From NCBI GenBank assembly GCA_963742735.1, contig CAVUMN010000001.1:128001-192000 (forward strand): 64,000 bases of DNA. The letters are read 5' to 3'. Position numbers and translations under genes: made by a program. Within the stretch, counting starts at the first letter, position 1. Each line of letters opens with the position of its first letter. Below are positions 8,982 through 20,988 of the stretch, one piece after another. The notes beneath the pieces are model-generated. The model saw nothing but the letters and a program-made list of their open reading frames with translations, was not told the origin of the DNA and did no database searches. This DNA is from an uncultured Actinomycetes bacterium (GTDB lineage Bacteria; Actinomycetota; UBA4738; JBBDTT01).

Positions 8982-10039
8982 CCGGCCACCCCGACCAGGC
9001 CGCTCCGCAGGCGCTCCTCCACGCGGTTGACGAAATAGATCAACGGCAGCGTCACCACCAGGTAGGCCACCGCGGCGGCGGTGAAGAACGTCGCGTTGAA
9101 GGTGGACGAGTACCCCTGGCGTGCAAACGCGAAGATTTCGAATTGCGCCTGGGTGAGGCCGATGATCCCGATCAGGGACGTGTCCTTGATGAGGATCACA
9201 AACTCGTTCATGAGCGGAGGGATCACCCGGCGGAAGGCCTGCGGCACCACGGCGTAGCGCATCGACTGGATGTACGTCATCCCGAGCGATCGAGCCGCCT
9301 CGAGCTGTCCGCGCTCGACCGACTGGATGCCGGCGCGGAACACTTCCGAGGAGTACGCGCCCATGTTCAGCGCGAAGATGAGGGCGCCGGCCGCCAGAGG
9401 TGAGACCGAGATCCCGAGCCCGAAGATGAGCGCGGTGTAGCCGGCGATCAGCTGGAACAGGAGCGGCGTTCCCCTGAAGAAATTGATATACACGCGGGCG
9501 GGTGCCCGGACCGACCTCCGCTTGGAGATCACGAGCAGCGCCAGCACGAGCCCGATGGCGATCCCGCCTGCCTCCCCCAGGACCGCGAGCAGGATGGTGT
9601 TCTTCGCGCCGCGGATGAACGCTCCCCCGTACCCTTCCAGCTTCTCGAAGCTGAAGAAGTGGAACGTGAAGCGCTCAACCGTCTCCGCCCGGAACCACAA
9701 GAAGGCTGCGCCGAGCAGCACCGTCTGGATTCCCAACACGGCTCCCGCGATGGAGCGCTCACGGCTTGGCTTCGTGGGCATGCGCCGGTACAGGGCGAAC
9801 CCGCCGCCCACGGCCAGGAGGCCGGCGACCATCGAGCCGATCGCCGTGGCGGCGGCGGTGTCGGTCCGGAGCGCGGTGACGATCGACGTGAACGGCGTCC
9901 AGCCGTAGAAGGTGATGATCGCCGCGGGGCCGACCAGGATCCCGGCGATGGACGCCGCACCGACGGCAAACACCATCAGGGCGAGCGCGTAGAGCCGGCG
10001 ATCGGACTTCGCCGGCTCCACCGGTGGCGATTCGGTCAC
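8978..10039 (-). CDS. Polar amino-acid ABC transporter permease with N-terminal membrane extension
   Basis: [33 protein letters not shown]; probable GTG start at 10039. Confidence 0.92.
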
Positions 10040-10043
10040 GGTC

Positions 10044-10907
10044 TCAGGCGGAGGCCTGGAACTCCTCGGGAACCTCCTGGCCCGGGAAGTACTCCGCGAA
10101 GATCTCCTCGTAGGTCCCGTCGGCGATGATCTCGGCAAGGGCGACGTTCGCCGCCTGGATCAGCTCGGGATTCTCCGGCGAGAACGCGAACGCGTACTTC
10201 TCGTTCGTGTCGTAGGTTTCGACGATGGCCAGGCTCGGACGCTCCGCGATGATGTCCGCCGTGGACTGCTCGTCGTTCACGACCGCGGTGACCTGACCGG
10301 CTTCCAGGTCGGTGAAAGCCGCGGGCGCACCCGGGAAGGTCTTGATCTCCACGCCCGTCGGGGCGTGTTCCTTGGCATAGGTCGCGCCGGTCGTCCCGGC
10401 CTGGACGCCGATGATGTCCCCCTCGACGAGATCGTCGATCGATGCCAGGTCCGGGGTCTCCTCCGTGTTGACGGTCATCGCCGTCCGGGAGTTGAAGTAG
10501 AAGTCCGAGAAGTCCACGACCTCGTCGCGCTCCTTGCCATCCGCCCCCGTGGCGGTGACCGCCGCAGCGACCATGTCGAACTGACTTCCGCCGGCGACGG
10601 CCGTGAAGATCGTCTCGAAGTTCGCCGTCACCCACTCGACCTCGAGGTCCAGGCGGCTGGCGACCTCCTCGGTCAGATCGACGTCGAAACCGACCTCGTC
10701 TCCGTCGACGACGGATTCGAACGGTGGGTAGTCGAGGCAGGACCCGACCTTCAGCACGCCCTCCTCGATCGTCGTGAACTCGGGGATCTCCGCCCCGGGC
10801 GGACTTGTGGTGCCCCCGGTTCCGGTCGGCGTGTCTTCCCCGCACGCCGCGCCGAGCAACGCGAACACGGCCAATATCGAGACCAGCGCCAAGCGTCTAC
10901 GCCTCAT
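10044..10907 (-). CDS. Polar amino-acid ABC substrate-binding lipoprotein (SBP family 3)
   Basis: Lipobox GAAC; DYPPFE, GFDVDL, VDFSDFY, GVQAGTTG. Confidence 0.93.
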   Translation of the reverse strand: MRRRRLALVSILAVFALLGAACGEDTPTGTGGTTSPPGAEIPEFTTIEEGVLKVGSCLDYPPFESVVDGDEVGFDVDLTEEVASRLDLEVEWVTANFETIFTAVAGGSQFDMVAAAVTATGADGKERDEVVDFSDFYFNSRTAMTVNTEETPDLASIDDLVEGDIIGVQAGTTGATYAKEHAPTGVEIKTFPGAPAAFTDLEAGQVTAVVNDEQSTADIIAERPSLAIVETYDTNEKYAFAFSPENPELIQAANVALAEIIADGTYEEIFAEYFPGQEVPEEFQASA

Positions 10908-10964
10908 TGTGATCTCCCTCCGTCGGAGTTCTGACCCGAATCCTCACCCAGCAAGGCGTGCGGT

Positions 10965-11999
10965 TCAAACGGCCTCCAGGGCGAGGTCGGCCAGCCGTTC
11001 CCCGATCAGGGGCGCGAACTTGAACCCGTGGCCGCTGCAGGGTGACCCGACGACGATCCTGCCGTGGCGCTCCAGGACGAACCGGCCATCGTCGGTGTTC
11101 GTGTACAGGCACGTCTCCGCGCGGGTCGGGACCCCGTCGGCTCCGGGGAACCGCTCGCGGATCCACGCGCCGACCCGCGCCACGGACGCCGCATCCGGCT
11201 CGCCGCGGAGATCCGGATCGATCCCGGGGCCGGCCTGGTGCTGTCCGGCTTTGATCCCCTCCCCCGGACTTCGCAGCGCGTAGATCGCCGGCGCGTCCCA
11301 GTCCACGATGGCCGGCGCCCGGTCGGGCTCGGGCACCGGGAAGTAGGCCACGGTCTCCCGGGTGGGCGTGACCGGAAGGTCGATGCCGGAGCGGGACAGA
11401 AGCGGTCTCGCCCACGCCCCGGCCGTGACGACGGCGACCGCGCCGTCGATCCGGTCCTCCGTCTCGAGGGTCACCCGCACCCCGGAGTCCGCCGTCTCGA
11501 TCCGCGCCACTCCGGTGTCTTCGCGAATCTCGGCGCCCGACCTCACCGCGCCTGCGGCCAGGGCCCGCCAGGCTGCGTCGGCCGCGACCGTCGCCGCATC
11601 CGGCTGGAATAGGGCCTCACCGCGGACGGCGACGCCGAACCGCTCGATGACCTCGCCCGGCGGAAGGAGCTCGAAGGCGGCCCCGGCCTCCTCGAGCGCC
11701 GCGGCGTGTGTGGGCACCATGGTCCCCACATCGAGCCCGCCGGTGGGCGTGAGCAACGCCTCGCCCGACTCGTGCTCCAGCTCCCGCCACAGCCGGAGGG
11801 CGTCCATCGCCATCCGGACGTAGCCGGCCTCGTGATACGAGTACCGGAAGATGCGCGAGGGGCCGTGGCTCGACCCGTGGTCGTGGCCGATCGCGAATCG
11901 CTCGAGGAGCACCACCCGCCGTCCTCGGGAGGCCAGGGCCCGGGCCGTGGCGCTGCCCATCACGCCCCCGCCCACCACGACGACGTCGTAGGCGGCCGC
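10965..11999 (-). CDS. solA: FAD-dependent amine oxidase, SolA/monomeric sarcosine oxidase family
   Basis: YDVVVVGGGVMG, GSSHGPSRIFR, ETCLYTNT, CSGHGFKFAP. Expected start after GAGGAG reads GCG (11999-11997), not GTG. Confidence 0.85.
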   Translation of the reverse strand, partial: AAAYDVVVVGGGVMGSATARALASRGRRVVLLERFAIGHDHGSSHGPSRIFRYSYHEAGYVRMAMDALRLWRELEHESGEALLTPTGGLDVGTMVPTHAAALEEAGAAFELLPPGEVIERFGVAVRGEALFQPDAATVAADAAWRALAAGAVRSGAEIREDTGVARIETADSGVRVTLETEDRIDGAVAVVTAGAWARPLLSRSGIDLPVTPTRETVAYFPVPEPDRAPAIVDWDAPAIYALRSPGEGIKAGQHQAGPGIDPDLRGEPDAASVARVGAWIRERFPGADGVPTRAETCLYTNTDDGRFVLERHGRIVVGSPCSGHGFKFAPLIGERLADLALEAV

Positions 12000-12001
12000 G
12001 G

Positions 12002-12719
<718 letters not shown>

Positions 12720-12722
12720 CGA

Positions 12723-13535
12723 CTAGCCCGCCTCGTCGGCGGCCTGGCGGCCGAGGTACGCCTCGATCACGCGCGGGTCGCGCTGGATGGCTGCCGGTTC
12801 TCCCTCGGCGATCTTCTCGCCGTAGTCGAGGACCGCCACGCGGTCGGAGATCCCCATCACGACCTTCATGTCGTGCTCGATGATCAGGATCGTGATCCCC
12901 CGTTCCCGGATGCGCCCGATGAGCTGCATGAGCTTGGCCTTCTCCGTCGGGTTCATCCCGGCCGCGGGCTCGTCGAGGAGCAGCAGCTTCGGCTTGGTCG
13001 CCAGCGCCCGGGCAATCTCCACCCGGCGCTGGTCGCCGTAGGAGAGACTCGAGGAGATCTCGTTGGCGAACCGGTGGATGCCGACGAAGTTCAAGGTGTC
13101 CTCGGCGTCCTGGTGGCCTTCCCGCTCCTCGCGTCGCATCTTTGGGGTCCGGAAGATCGCCGCGAGCACGCCCTGCGTGTGGTGCGCGTCCGTCCCGACG
13201 ATCACATTCTCGAGGGATGTCATGTTCTGGAACAGCCGGATGTTCTGGAACGTGCGGCTGATCCCGAGCTTCGTGACCTGGTGCGGCTTCACGCCGCTCG
13301 GCACGAACAGGGCGGTGCGCTTCGTCGCGACGATCTCCGTCCCGTCGAACACGATGCTGCCGGAGGTCACCGGGTAGATCGCGGTGATCAGGTTGAACAG
13401 GGTGGTCTTCCCGGCCCCGTTCGGCCCGATCAGCCCGAAGATCTGCCCTTCCTCGATGGAGAAGGACACATCCGAGACCGCGGCGAGGCCGCCGAACTGC
13501 TTCGAGGCCCCCGAGATCTCCAGGATCGGGCTCAT
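12723..13535 (-). CDS. livG: Branched-chain amino-acid ABC ATPase LivG
   Basis: [55 protein letters not shown]. Confidence 0.95.
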   Translation of the reverse strand: MSPILEISGASKQFGGLAAVSDVSFSIEEGQIFGLIGPNGAGKTTLFNLITAIYPVTSGSIVFDGTEIVATKRTALFVPSGVKPHQVTKLGISRTFQNIRLFQNMTSLENVIVGTDAHHTQGVLAAIFRTPKMRREEREGHQDAEDTLNFVGIHRFANEISSSLSYGDQRRVEIARALATKPKLLLLDEPAAGMNPTEKAKLMQLIGRIRERGITILIIEHDMKVVMGISDRVAVLDYGEKIAEGEPAAIQRDPRVIEAYLGRQAADEAG

Positions 13536-14788
13536 CCGCCCTCCTGCGCGTCGTACACCTGCTCCTCGACGACGGCGCCCTTGAGCTCGGCCTTCCGTCG
13601 CTTCGATGGAACCAGGCCCTGCGGCCGGAAGATCATGATCACGACGAGCGCGAGGCCGAACACGAAGAACCGGTAGGACTGAAACTCCCGGAAGATCTCG
13701 GGCACGACGACGACCAGGCCGGCGCCGACGATCGCCCCCGCGATCGATCCCATCCCCCCGATGACCACCGCGGCCAGGATGAGGATCGACTGAATGATGG
13801 TGAAGAAGCCGGGAGTGATCGAGTTGATCTGCTCGGCGAACACCACGCCCCCCACGCCGGCCGTGCACGCGCCGATGACGAAGGCGGCCAGCTTCATCCG
13901 CACCACCGGCACGCCCATGGCGGCGGCGGCTACCTCGTCCTCGCGGATCGCCACCCACGCGCGTCCGACGCGGCTGCGGTCCAGGAGCGTGATCGCCACG
14001 ATCCACAGGACCACCAGGACCAGCAGCAGCCAGTAGTACTTGTTGTCCAGGAAGGTCTTCCACTGGAGCTCCAGCGGGCCGATGTCGATCGCCGGGTGTG
14101 GGATGTTCGAGATGCCCTGGGGCCCTCCGGTGACGGACCCGAGGTTGTTGGCCGTCACCCGGACGATCTCCCCGAACCCCAGCGTGACGATGGCCAGGTA
14201 GTCCCCGCGCAGCCGGAGCGTGGGCGATCCGAGGAGGATCCCGGCGAACACGGCCACGACGATCGCGGCCAGGAGGATCAGCCACATCAAGGCATGCCAC
14301 TCGGGCTCCGGGACGAACCCCTCGGTCCGCTTGACCGTCTGGGCGTAGGTCCCCGCGCCGGTCAGGAACGCCGCCGTGTAGGAGCCGATCGCCCAGAACG
14401 CGACGTACCCGAGGTCGAGGAGGCCGGCGAACCCAACGACCACGTTCAGCCCGAGGGCGAACAGGGCGAAGAGGGCGAACCTCGACAGCGTGCCGCCGCT
14501 CGTGGCCCGGAGCATCCACCCGGGGAGATCGAACCATTGCTTCAGCAGCGGCAGGATCGCCAGGACCGCGATACCCACGACCCCGATCACCGGCAGGACC
14601 CACCGCCGGCGCGGCTCGATCCACGCCTGGACGCCCCGGCGAGCGATGCCGGCGGGCGAGAGGGCCTTGCGGACCCCCGCCCCCGCCCGCTGAGAGACCG
14701 CCAGGCGAGCGTCGGCGGCCCTCCGCTGCCATCGCGTCCAGGGACGGACCCGGCGCCGGGGAGGGCGACGCGGGCCAGGGGCGCTCAT
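13532..14788 (-). CDS. livM: Branched-chain amino-acid ABC permease LivM
   Basis: [51 protein letters not shown]. Confidence 0.95.
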   Translation of the reverse strand: MSAPGPRRPPRRRVRPWTRWQRRAADARLAVSQRAGAGVRKALSPAGIARRGVQAWIEPRRRWVLPVIGVVGIAVLAILPLLKQWFDLPGWMLRATSGGTLSRFALFALFALGLNVVVGFAGLLDLGYVAFWAIGSYTAAFLTGAGTYAQTVKRTEGFVPEPEWHALMWLILLAAIVVAVFAGILLGSPTLRLRGDYLAIVTLGFGEIVRVTANNLGSVTGGPQGISNIPHPAIDIGPLELQWKTFLDNKYYWLLLVLVVLWIVAITLLDRSRVGRAWVAIREDEVAAAAMGVPVVRMKLAAFVIGACTAGVGGVVFAEQINSITPGFFTIIQSILILAAVVIGGMGSIAGAIVGAGLVVVVPEIFREFQSYRFFVFGLALVVIMIFRPQGLVPSKRRKAELKGAVVEEQVYDAQEGG

Positions 14789-15774
14789 CAGGACCTCACC
14801 CGTTCACCGAGGATGCCGCTGGGCTTGAACATCAGCACGGCGACCAGGACCACGAACGAGATCGCGGTCTCCCAATGGGTGCCGAAGCAGGCCCCGCCGT
14901 ACTTCTCCCCGAGGCCGAGGAGAACGCCTCCCAGCATGGCGCCCCGGATGTTCCCGATGCCCCCCAGCACCGCCGCCGAGAACGCCTTGATCCCGAGGAT
15001 GAACCCGATCTGCCAGTGCGACGCTCCGCCCAGGAACACCAGGAACAGCAGGCCCGCGGCCCCGGCCATGATCCCGCCGATGAAGAACGTGGTCACCACG
15101 ACGCGGTCGATGTTGACCCCCATCATCGACGCGGCCTCGGGATCCTGGGCCACGGCGCGGATCCCACGCCCGATCCGGGTCCGGTTCACGAACCGATCGA
15201 GCAGGAAGAGCATCCCGAGGGCGACGCCGACGACCAGCACGTGCTTGTTGTTCACGGTCGTGCCGAAGACGGAGAACAGCCGCTCGGTCTCGACGAATCG
15301 CGGTACCTGACGGGGAGCCGGCCCCTGCAGGTTCGGGAGCGTCCAGAAAAGAAGCGCGTGCCGCCCGTCCATCAGCGCGAACAGGTACTGGATGGCCAGG
15401 GACGCCCCGATCGCGCTGATCAGGAACGACAGCCGAGGGGCGCCCCTCCGGCGCAGGGGACGGTACGCGAAGCGTTCGATCGTCAGGGCGGTGACGCCGG
15501 AGGAGAGCGACGCGGCCACCAGCACGCCGAGGAAGACCAGGATCAGCGTGGCCCCGTGGAGGGCCGTGGTCACCCCGAACCACTCCTTGAGGGCGTGGAG
15601 GCTGACCACGGTCGAAACCATGAACACCTCGGAGTGCGCGAAGTTGATGAGCTGCAGCACCCCGTACACCATCGTGTAACCGAGGGCGATCATGGCGTAG
15701 ATGGAACCGGCGGTCAGACCGTTGACCGTCTGGTCCCAAAACTGGCTCGTCAGTCCGTCGAAGCAGCCGTCCAT
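14788..15774 (-). CDS. livH: Branched-chain amino-acid ABC permease LivH
   Basis: GSIYAMIALGYTMVYG, INFAH, ERFAYRPL, KAFSAAVLGGIGN. Confidence 0.95.
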   Translation of the reverse strand: MDGCFDGLTSQFWDQTVNGLTAGSIYAMIALGYTMVYGVLQLINFAHSEVFMVSTVVSLHALKEWFGVTTALHGATLILVFLGVLVAASLSSGVTALTIERFAYRPLRRRGAPRLSFLISAIGASLAIQYLFALMDGRHALLFWTLPNLQGPAPRQVPRFVETERLFSVFGTTVNNKHVLVVGVALGMLFLLDRFVNRTRIGRGIRAVAQDPEAASMMGVNIDRVVVTTFFIGGIMAGAAGLLFLVFLGGASHWQIGFILGIKAFSAAVLGGIGNIRGAMLGGVLLGLGEKYGGACFGTHWETAISFVVLVAVLMFKPSGILGERVRS

Positions 15775-15788
15775 GGCCTCAGTTCATC

Positions 15789-15838
15789 CGGACAGGGAGG
15801 GAGGGCAGGCCCCCGAAGGCGCCTGCCCTCCCTGTCCG
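15789..15838. other. Intercistronic stem-loop after the SBP gene (mRNA stabiliser or partial terminator)
   Basis: CGGACAGGGAG(GGAG)GGCAGGC ... GCCTGCCCTCCCTGTCCG inverted repeat between livK and livH. Confidence 0.6.
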
Positions 15839-15852
15839 TCGCTCCGGTGGAT

Positions 15853-17107
15853 CTACTCTCCGAGCACCTGCACCGCGTTGCCCAGGTTGGTCAGCGACAA
15901 CTCGCCGTCGGCCGTCGACTCGACCTCGTAGAAGAAGTAGAGCTCCTCGGCCTCGAGTCCCAGCTCGTGGGTGTCGGGGTTGAAGTAGAAGTCCTTCGCC
16001 TCCCCGTCGTACTGGGCGTCCTCGCTGGTCACGCCGTCGAGGTACTCCTTGATCCCGGTGCGGATGTCCTCCGGGGTCTCGGCGCCTCCCTCGATGGCCT
16101 GCTTGATGCCCTCACCGATCAGGCCGGCAGCGTCGTAGCCCTCCGCGGCGTAGATCGCCACGCTGAATCCCTCAGAGCCGACCTCCGTCTGGTACTTCTG
16201 GGTGAAGTCCGAGCTAGATGTTGCTCGGCGCCAGGAGCAAGGCTCCCTCCGCAGCCGGCCCGGCCAGGTCGAGAAGCGACGAGGACACGGATCCGTCACC
16301 CGAGATGAGCTGGATGTCCAGCTCCGCGTCGGCTGCCTGGCTGAGGAACGGCCCGCTGTCGACGTCGTACCCGCCGAAGAACAGGGCGTCCGCCCCAGAC
16401 TCCTTCACGTCGGTGATGATCGACGAGAAGTTCACCGTGGTACCGGTGTTGATCGCGGGCTCGGGGATTCCGGTCTTGCCGGCGATCGTGATCCCGGCCT
16501 CCTTGGCGGCCGCTTCCACGGCCTCGGCGAGCGGCTGCCCGTAGTCGGTCGTGTCGTGCAGGATGTAGAGCGACTCCGGCTGGATCACCTCGGCCACCCA
16601 ACGAGCGGCCAGCGAGCTCTGGAGCCCGTCGTGCCCGATCGTCCGGTACCAGTAGTCCCAGCCGAACTCCCCCAAGTCGACCGCGGTCGCCGAGGCCGTG
16701 ACGAACGGGATCCCCGCGTCGTTGTAGGTGTCACCGCTCGCCCGCGACTCACCCGAGAACGCCGGACCCATGATGGCGACCGTGTTTGGGTCCTCGGCGG
16801 CACCCTGCGCCACCGGCGGAGCCTGGTCACCGCTGCCCTGGGTGTCGGCCTGCTCGAACGTGATCGTCGCCGGATAGCCCTCCTCGGCGTTCAGCTCGTC
16901 GAAGCGGATCTGCGCCGACTGCATCGACGGCAGGACCAGCCCGTTCGCGCCACCCGTCCAAGCACCCTGGCCGTAGACGGTGACCTCGATGCGGTCGTCT
17001 CCGCCAGGAGTGCCGCCCGTACCGGGCTCATCGTCGCCGCACGCGGCGGACACCAGCGCGAACACGGCCAGTATCGCTACGAGCGAAAGCCACTTTGGCT
17101 TCTTCAT
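15853..17107 (-). CDS. livK: Branched-chain amino-acid ABC substrate-binding lipoprotein (apparent frameshift at about 16216)
   Basis: Lipobox SAAC, GPAFSGES, ASATA, YGQPLA, FFGGY; the frame after ...APSNI shifts by one base into SSDFTQKY...YAAEGYDAA. Confidence 0.85.
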
Positions 17108-17176
17108 TCCCCCTCCTTCTCCCCTTGGTTCCCTGTCTTGCTATCACACCCGCCGCCCGGCCACCAACCCGCGGCC

Positions 17177-17773
17177 TCAGGCGTCGAGATCCCCGTCGAT
17201 GACCTTTGTGGCAACGTCCTTCATCGGCAGCCGGCGGTCCATCGCGGTCTTCTGGATGAACCGGAACGCGTCCTGTTCGCTCATCTGGTACCGGTCCATG
17301 AGCATTCCCTTCGCCCGATCCACCACCTTTCGCGTCTCCAGCCGCTCGGAGAGGTCTCCGACCTCCGCCTCGAGGGCCTGCATCTCCTGGTACCGGGCCA
17401 CCGCGATGTCGATCGCGGGCACCAGGTCGCTCTTCTGGAAGGGTTTTACGAGGTAGGCCATCGCTCCGGTTTGCGCGGCCCGCTCCACCAGGTCCTTCTG
17501 GCTGAACGCGGTCAGGATGAGCACGGGGGACAGGTGCTCCTCGGTGATGCGCTCGGCGGCGGTCAAGCCGTCCAGGCCGGGCATCTTGATGTCCATGACG
17601 GTGAGGTCGGGACGCAGGTCCCGGGCCAGGCGCAGGGCGGTCTCCCCGTCGCCGGCCTCGCCGACGACCTCGTACCCCTCCTCCTCGAGCATCTCGCGCA
17701 GGTCGAGGCGGATGAGGGCCTCGTCCTCGGCGATCAGGATGCGGGTGGGGCTGCCCTCCGTGCCCTCGCTCAC
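17177..17773 (-). CDS. pdtaR: ANTAR-domain response regulator (PdtaR/AmiR/NasT family)
   Basis: REC domain AEDEALIR...MDIKMPGLDG...LTAFSQ...YLVKPF plus ANTAR ETRKVVDRAKGMLM...AFRFIQKTAMDRR; synteny with tRNA-Leu and polA. Confidence 0.93.
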   Translation of the reverse strand: MSEGTEGSPTRILIAEDEALIRLDLREMLEEEGYEVVGEAGDGETALRLARDLRPDLTVMDIKMPGLDGLTAAERITEEHLSPVLILTAFSQKDLVERAAQTGAMAYLVKPFQKSDLVPAIDIAVARYQEMQALEAEVGDLSERLETRKVVDRAKGMLMDRYQMSEQDAFRFIQKTAMDRRLPMKDVATKVIDGDLDA

Positions 17774-18060
17774 CCGGCCTCCGCGAGGGCAAGCAGGAGC
17801 TTGTCCTGCTCCTCGACCAACGCGGCGATGAGCGTCTCCTGCTCCCCGACGAGGCGCTCGATGCGGCGGTGGTCGTCCGCGGCGACCTGGAACTCGCGGT
17901 CCGCCAGCGGGGTCTCCGCGACGAGCATGCGCACGCGGGCCTCCTCCAGGACCGAGTCCTGGAAGGCGAGCTGCTCCCGCAGGATCGACAGCTCGGTCCG
18001 GGCCCGGCCGATCTCGTCGGAGAGCGAGGTGAGACGGCGCTTGGCGGTGCTTCCCGTCAT
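17770..18060 (-). CDS. Small coiled-coil hypothetical protein translationally coupled to pdtaR
   Basis: 96 aa with heptad pattern (MTGSTAKRRLTSLSDEIGRARTEL...VAETPLADREF...); GTGA overlap with the pdtaR start; AGGGGG before ATG. Confidence 0.75.
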   Translation of the reverse strand: MTGSTAKRRLTSLSDEIGRARTELSILREQLAFQDSVLEEARVRMLVAETPLADREFQVAADDHRRIERLVGEQETLIAALVEEQDKLLLALAEAG

Positions 18061-18135
18061 GGGTACCCCCTGAAGAGGGAGCGCCAGTCTAGGGACGGGG
18101 CTACCCCGTAGCAAGCGTGCGACGATCGGCCGGTG

Positions 18136-18167
18136 AGCGTGCGGGCCACTGGGCAAGCCCGCACGCT
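18136..18167 (-). terminator. Hairpin downstream of tRNA-Leu
   Basis: AGCGTGCGGGC-N10-GCCCGCACGCT, 11-bp perfect stem without a U-tract. Confidence 0.55.
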
Positions 18168-18175
18168 GCAGGAAG

Positions 18176-18261
18176 TGCCGGGGACGGGATTCGAACCCGC
18201 ATGGGCTTTCGCCCAATCGGTTTTGAGCCGATCGCGTCAAACCAGATTGCGCCACCCCGGC
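18176..18261 (-). tRNA. tRNA-Leu(CAA)
   Basis: GCCGGGG acceptor stem, ATCGG-CTCAAAA-CCGAT anticodon arm, long variable arm TGGGCGAAAGCCCA, GGTTCGAATCC T-arm, discriminator A; CCA not encoded; -10 TAGACT at 18273-18268. Confidence 0.96.
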
Positions 18262-18279
18262 ATACGAAGTCTACGGCGA

Positions 18280-19014
18280 TCAGGTCTTTGGTCCCACGAA
18301 CGAGTCGAGAAAGGCCACATCGGGGTGACGGGACACATCGATCGTCCACTTCGTGCTTCTCCACCGAACGCCCAGGTGAGAGCAAGCGTCAGCGAACAAC
18401 ATCCTGATGTCCGATGACCTGTTCGAGAACTGGTATCGCGAGTATTCTTGCCCGGCAACGCGGTTGATCACGCGGCATCCATCCGAGTGGATCAGTCCAC
18501 GGACGAACGGCTTGAGATGCGGCCTGACGCTCTCCGTTTGCCACGCCCGCAGGACGATTGGGCGCTCATGCTTCGGACCCGGTCCGTGCTGCGGAAAGAG
18601 GCAGGGCCAGTGTTTCCAGTAGGCGTTGATCTCAACGCACCCAACCCTGGTCGCCTCCCCGATAGGTCCCCGACCTTTCACGGAGGCCATGGCACGCCCC
18701 GCTTCGGAGATGAGGTCGCGATAACGCGCGTCCTGAGAGATCCGAAGCCTGTATACGCCACGCGGATGAGTGGCGATCGAGCCGTCGCCCAGGTAGAGCC
18801 CCAGCAAGTACGCATAGTCCCTCGCTGGGAGCTCGCGTCCGTGGCATCTGGGGCAGCCGGGTCGCTCTCGCATGGACAGCCGCCCCGAACGACCTCCGAC
18901 CCGCCAGTACCTGATCGTTCCGCGGGCTACGTTCAACTGACGAGCCACCTCGCAGTCGTTCCGTCCTTCGGCGAACAACTCCAGGGCGCGGTCGTACTCG
19001 GCTTGCGGACGCAT
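18280..19014 (-). CDS. HTH + CxxC + double-motif LAGLIDADG (homing endonuclease-like) protein
   Basis: N-terminal HTH (NDCEVARQLNVARGTIRYWR), CPRC, motif 1 YAYLLGLYLGDG, motif 2 FVRGLIHSDG, WPCLFPQHGPGPKHER, YQFSNRSSDI; more A/T-ending codons than neighbours. Confidence 0.85.
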   Translation of the reverse strand: MRPQAEYDRALELFAEGRNDCEVARQLNVARGTIRYWRVGGRSGRLSMRERPGCPRCHGRELPARDYAYLLGLYLGDGSIATHPRGVYRLRISQDARYRDLISEAGRAMASVKGRGPIGEATRVGCVEINAYWKHWPCLFPQHGPGPKHERPIVLRAWQTESVRPHLKPFVRGLIHSDGCRVINRVAGQEYSRYQFSNRSSDIRMLFADACSHLGVRWRSTKWTIDVSRHPDVAFLDSFVGPKT

Positions 19015-19045
19015 AGCCTCTTCATTGTGAGGCGAGGTAGTGACA

Positions 19046-19806
19046 TCACTCGAGGGCGGTTCGGAACTCCTCAACGAGTCCGACTACGGCGCTGAGGTCC
19101 CCCTCCAGCAGCCTGGCGACGATCGCGCTGCCGACCACGACCCCGTCGGCGAACTCCCCCGCTTCCTTCGCTTGGTCGGGCGTGGTGATGCCGACCCCGA
19201 CCAGCAGCGGCTTGGTCGTGAGCGGGCGGAGGGCTTCGACGACCTCGCGGGCGGTTCCCTCGAGCTTGCCGCGAGCCCCCGTGACGCCGTAGGTCGAGAC
19301 GCAGTACACGAATCCCTCCGAGCCTTCGGCCACGAGCTTCAGGCGGTCCGCGTCGGTCCCCGGCGCCGCGAGGAACACGGGCACCACCTCGGCCGCCGCC
19401 GCGCGCCCGCGCCATCCGCCGGCCTCGTCGACCGGCAGGTCGGGGACGATCACGCCGACGACCCCGGCCTCCCGGGCGGCGGCCAGGAACCGGTCCTCGC
19501 CCATCGCCAGCACGGGGTTGTAGTAGGTCATCACCACCGGGGCCGGGATCCCCGACTCGCCGATGGTCTCGAGGATCGCCTCGGGACGCGCACCCGCCTC
19601 CAGGGCACGTGTGGATGCCTGCTGGATGACGGGTCCGTCCATCACCGGGTCCGAGAACGGAATCCCGATCTCGATCGCGTCCGCCCCCGCCGCGTCGATG
19701 CGCCGGAGGAGGTCCGCGTCGACGCCCTCCAGTCCGCCCGTCACGTAGGGCACCAGGGCCCTCGCCCCGGCGTCGAGCCGGGCTCGCAGCCGCGCCTCGA
19801 GCGCGC

Positions 19807-19810
<4 letters not shown>
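19046..19810 (-). CDS. trpA: Tryptophan synthase alpha chain
   Basis: [40 protein letters not shown]. Confidence 0.97.

Positions 19811-20984
<1,174 letters not shown>

Positions 20985-20988
<4 letters not shown>

Noticed and set aside
16210-16222. Programmed +1 frameshift at ATC TAG C in livK
   Set aside because: The P-site codon cannot re-pair in the +1 frame; an indel error is simpler.
18280-19014. Intein or group I intron hosting the LAGLIDADG ORF
   Set aside because: No Hint-domain termini; flanks of 31 and 18 nt are too short for an intron core; trpA and the tRNA are uninterrupted.
18060-19045. Prophage or integrative element at tRNA-Leu
   Set aside because: No integrase and no duplicated tRNA 3' end; the foreign-looking gene is on the 5' side of the tRNA.
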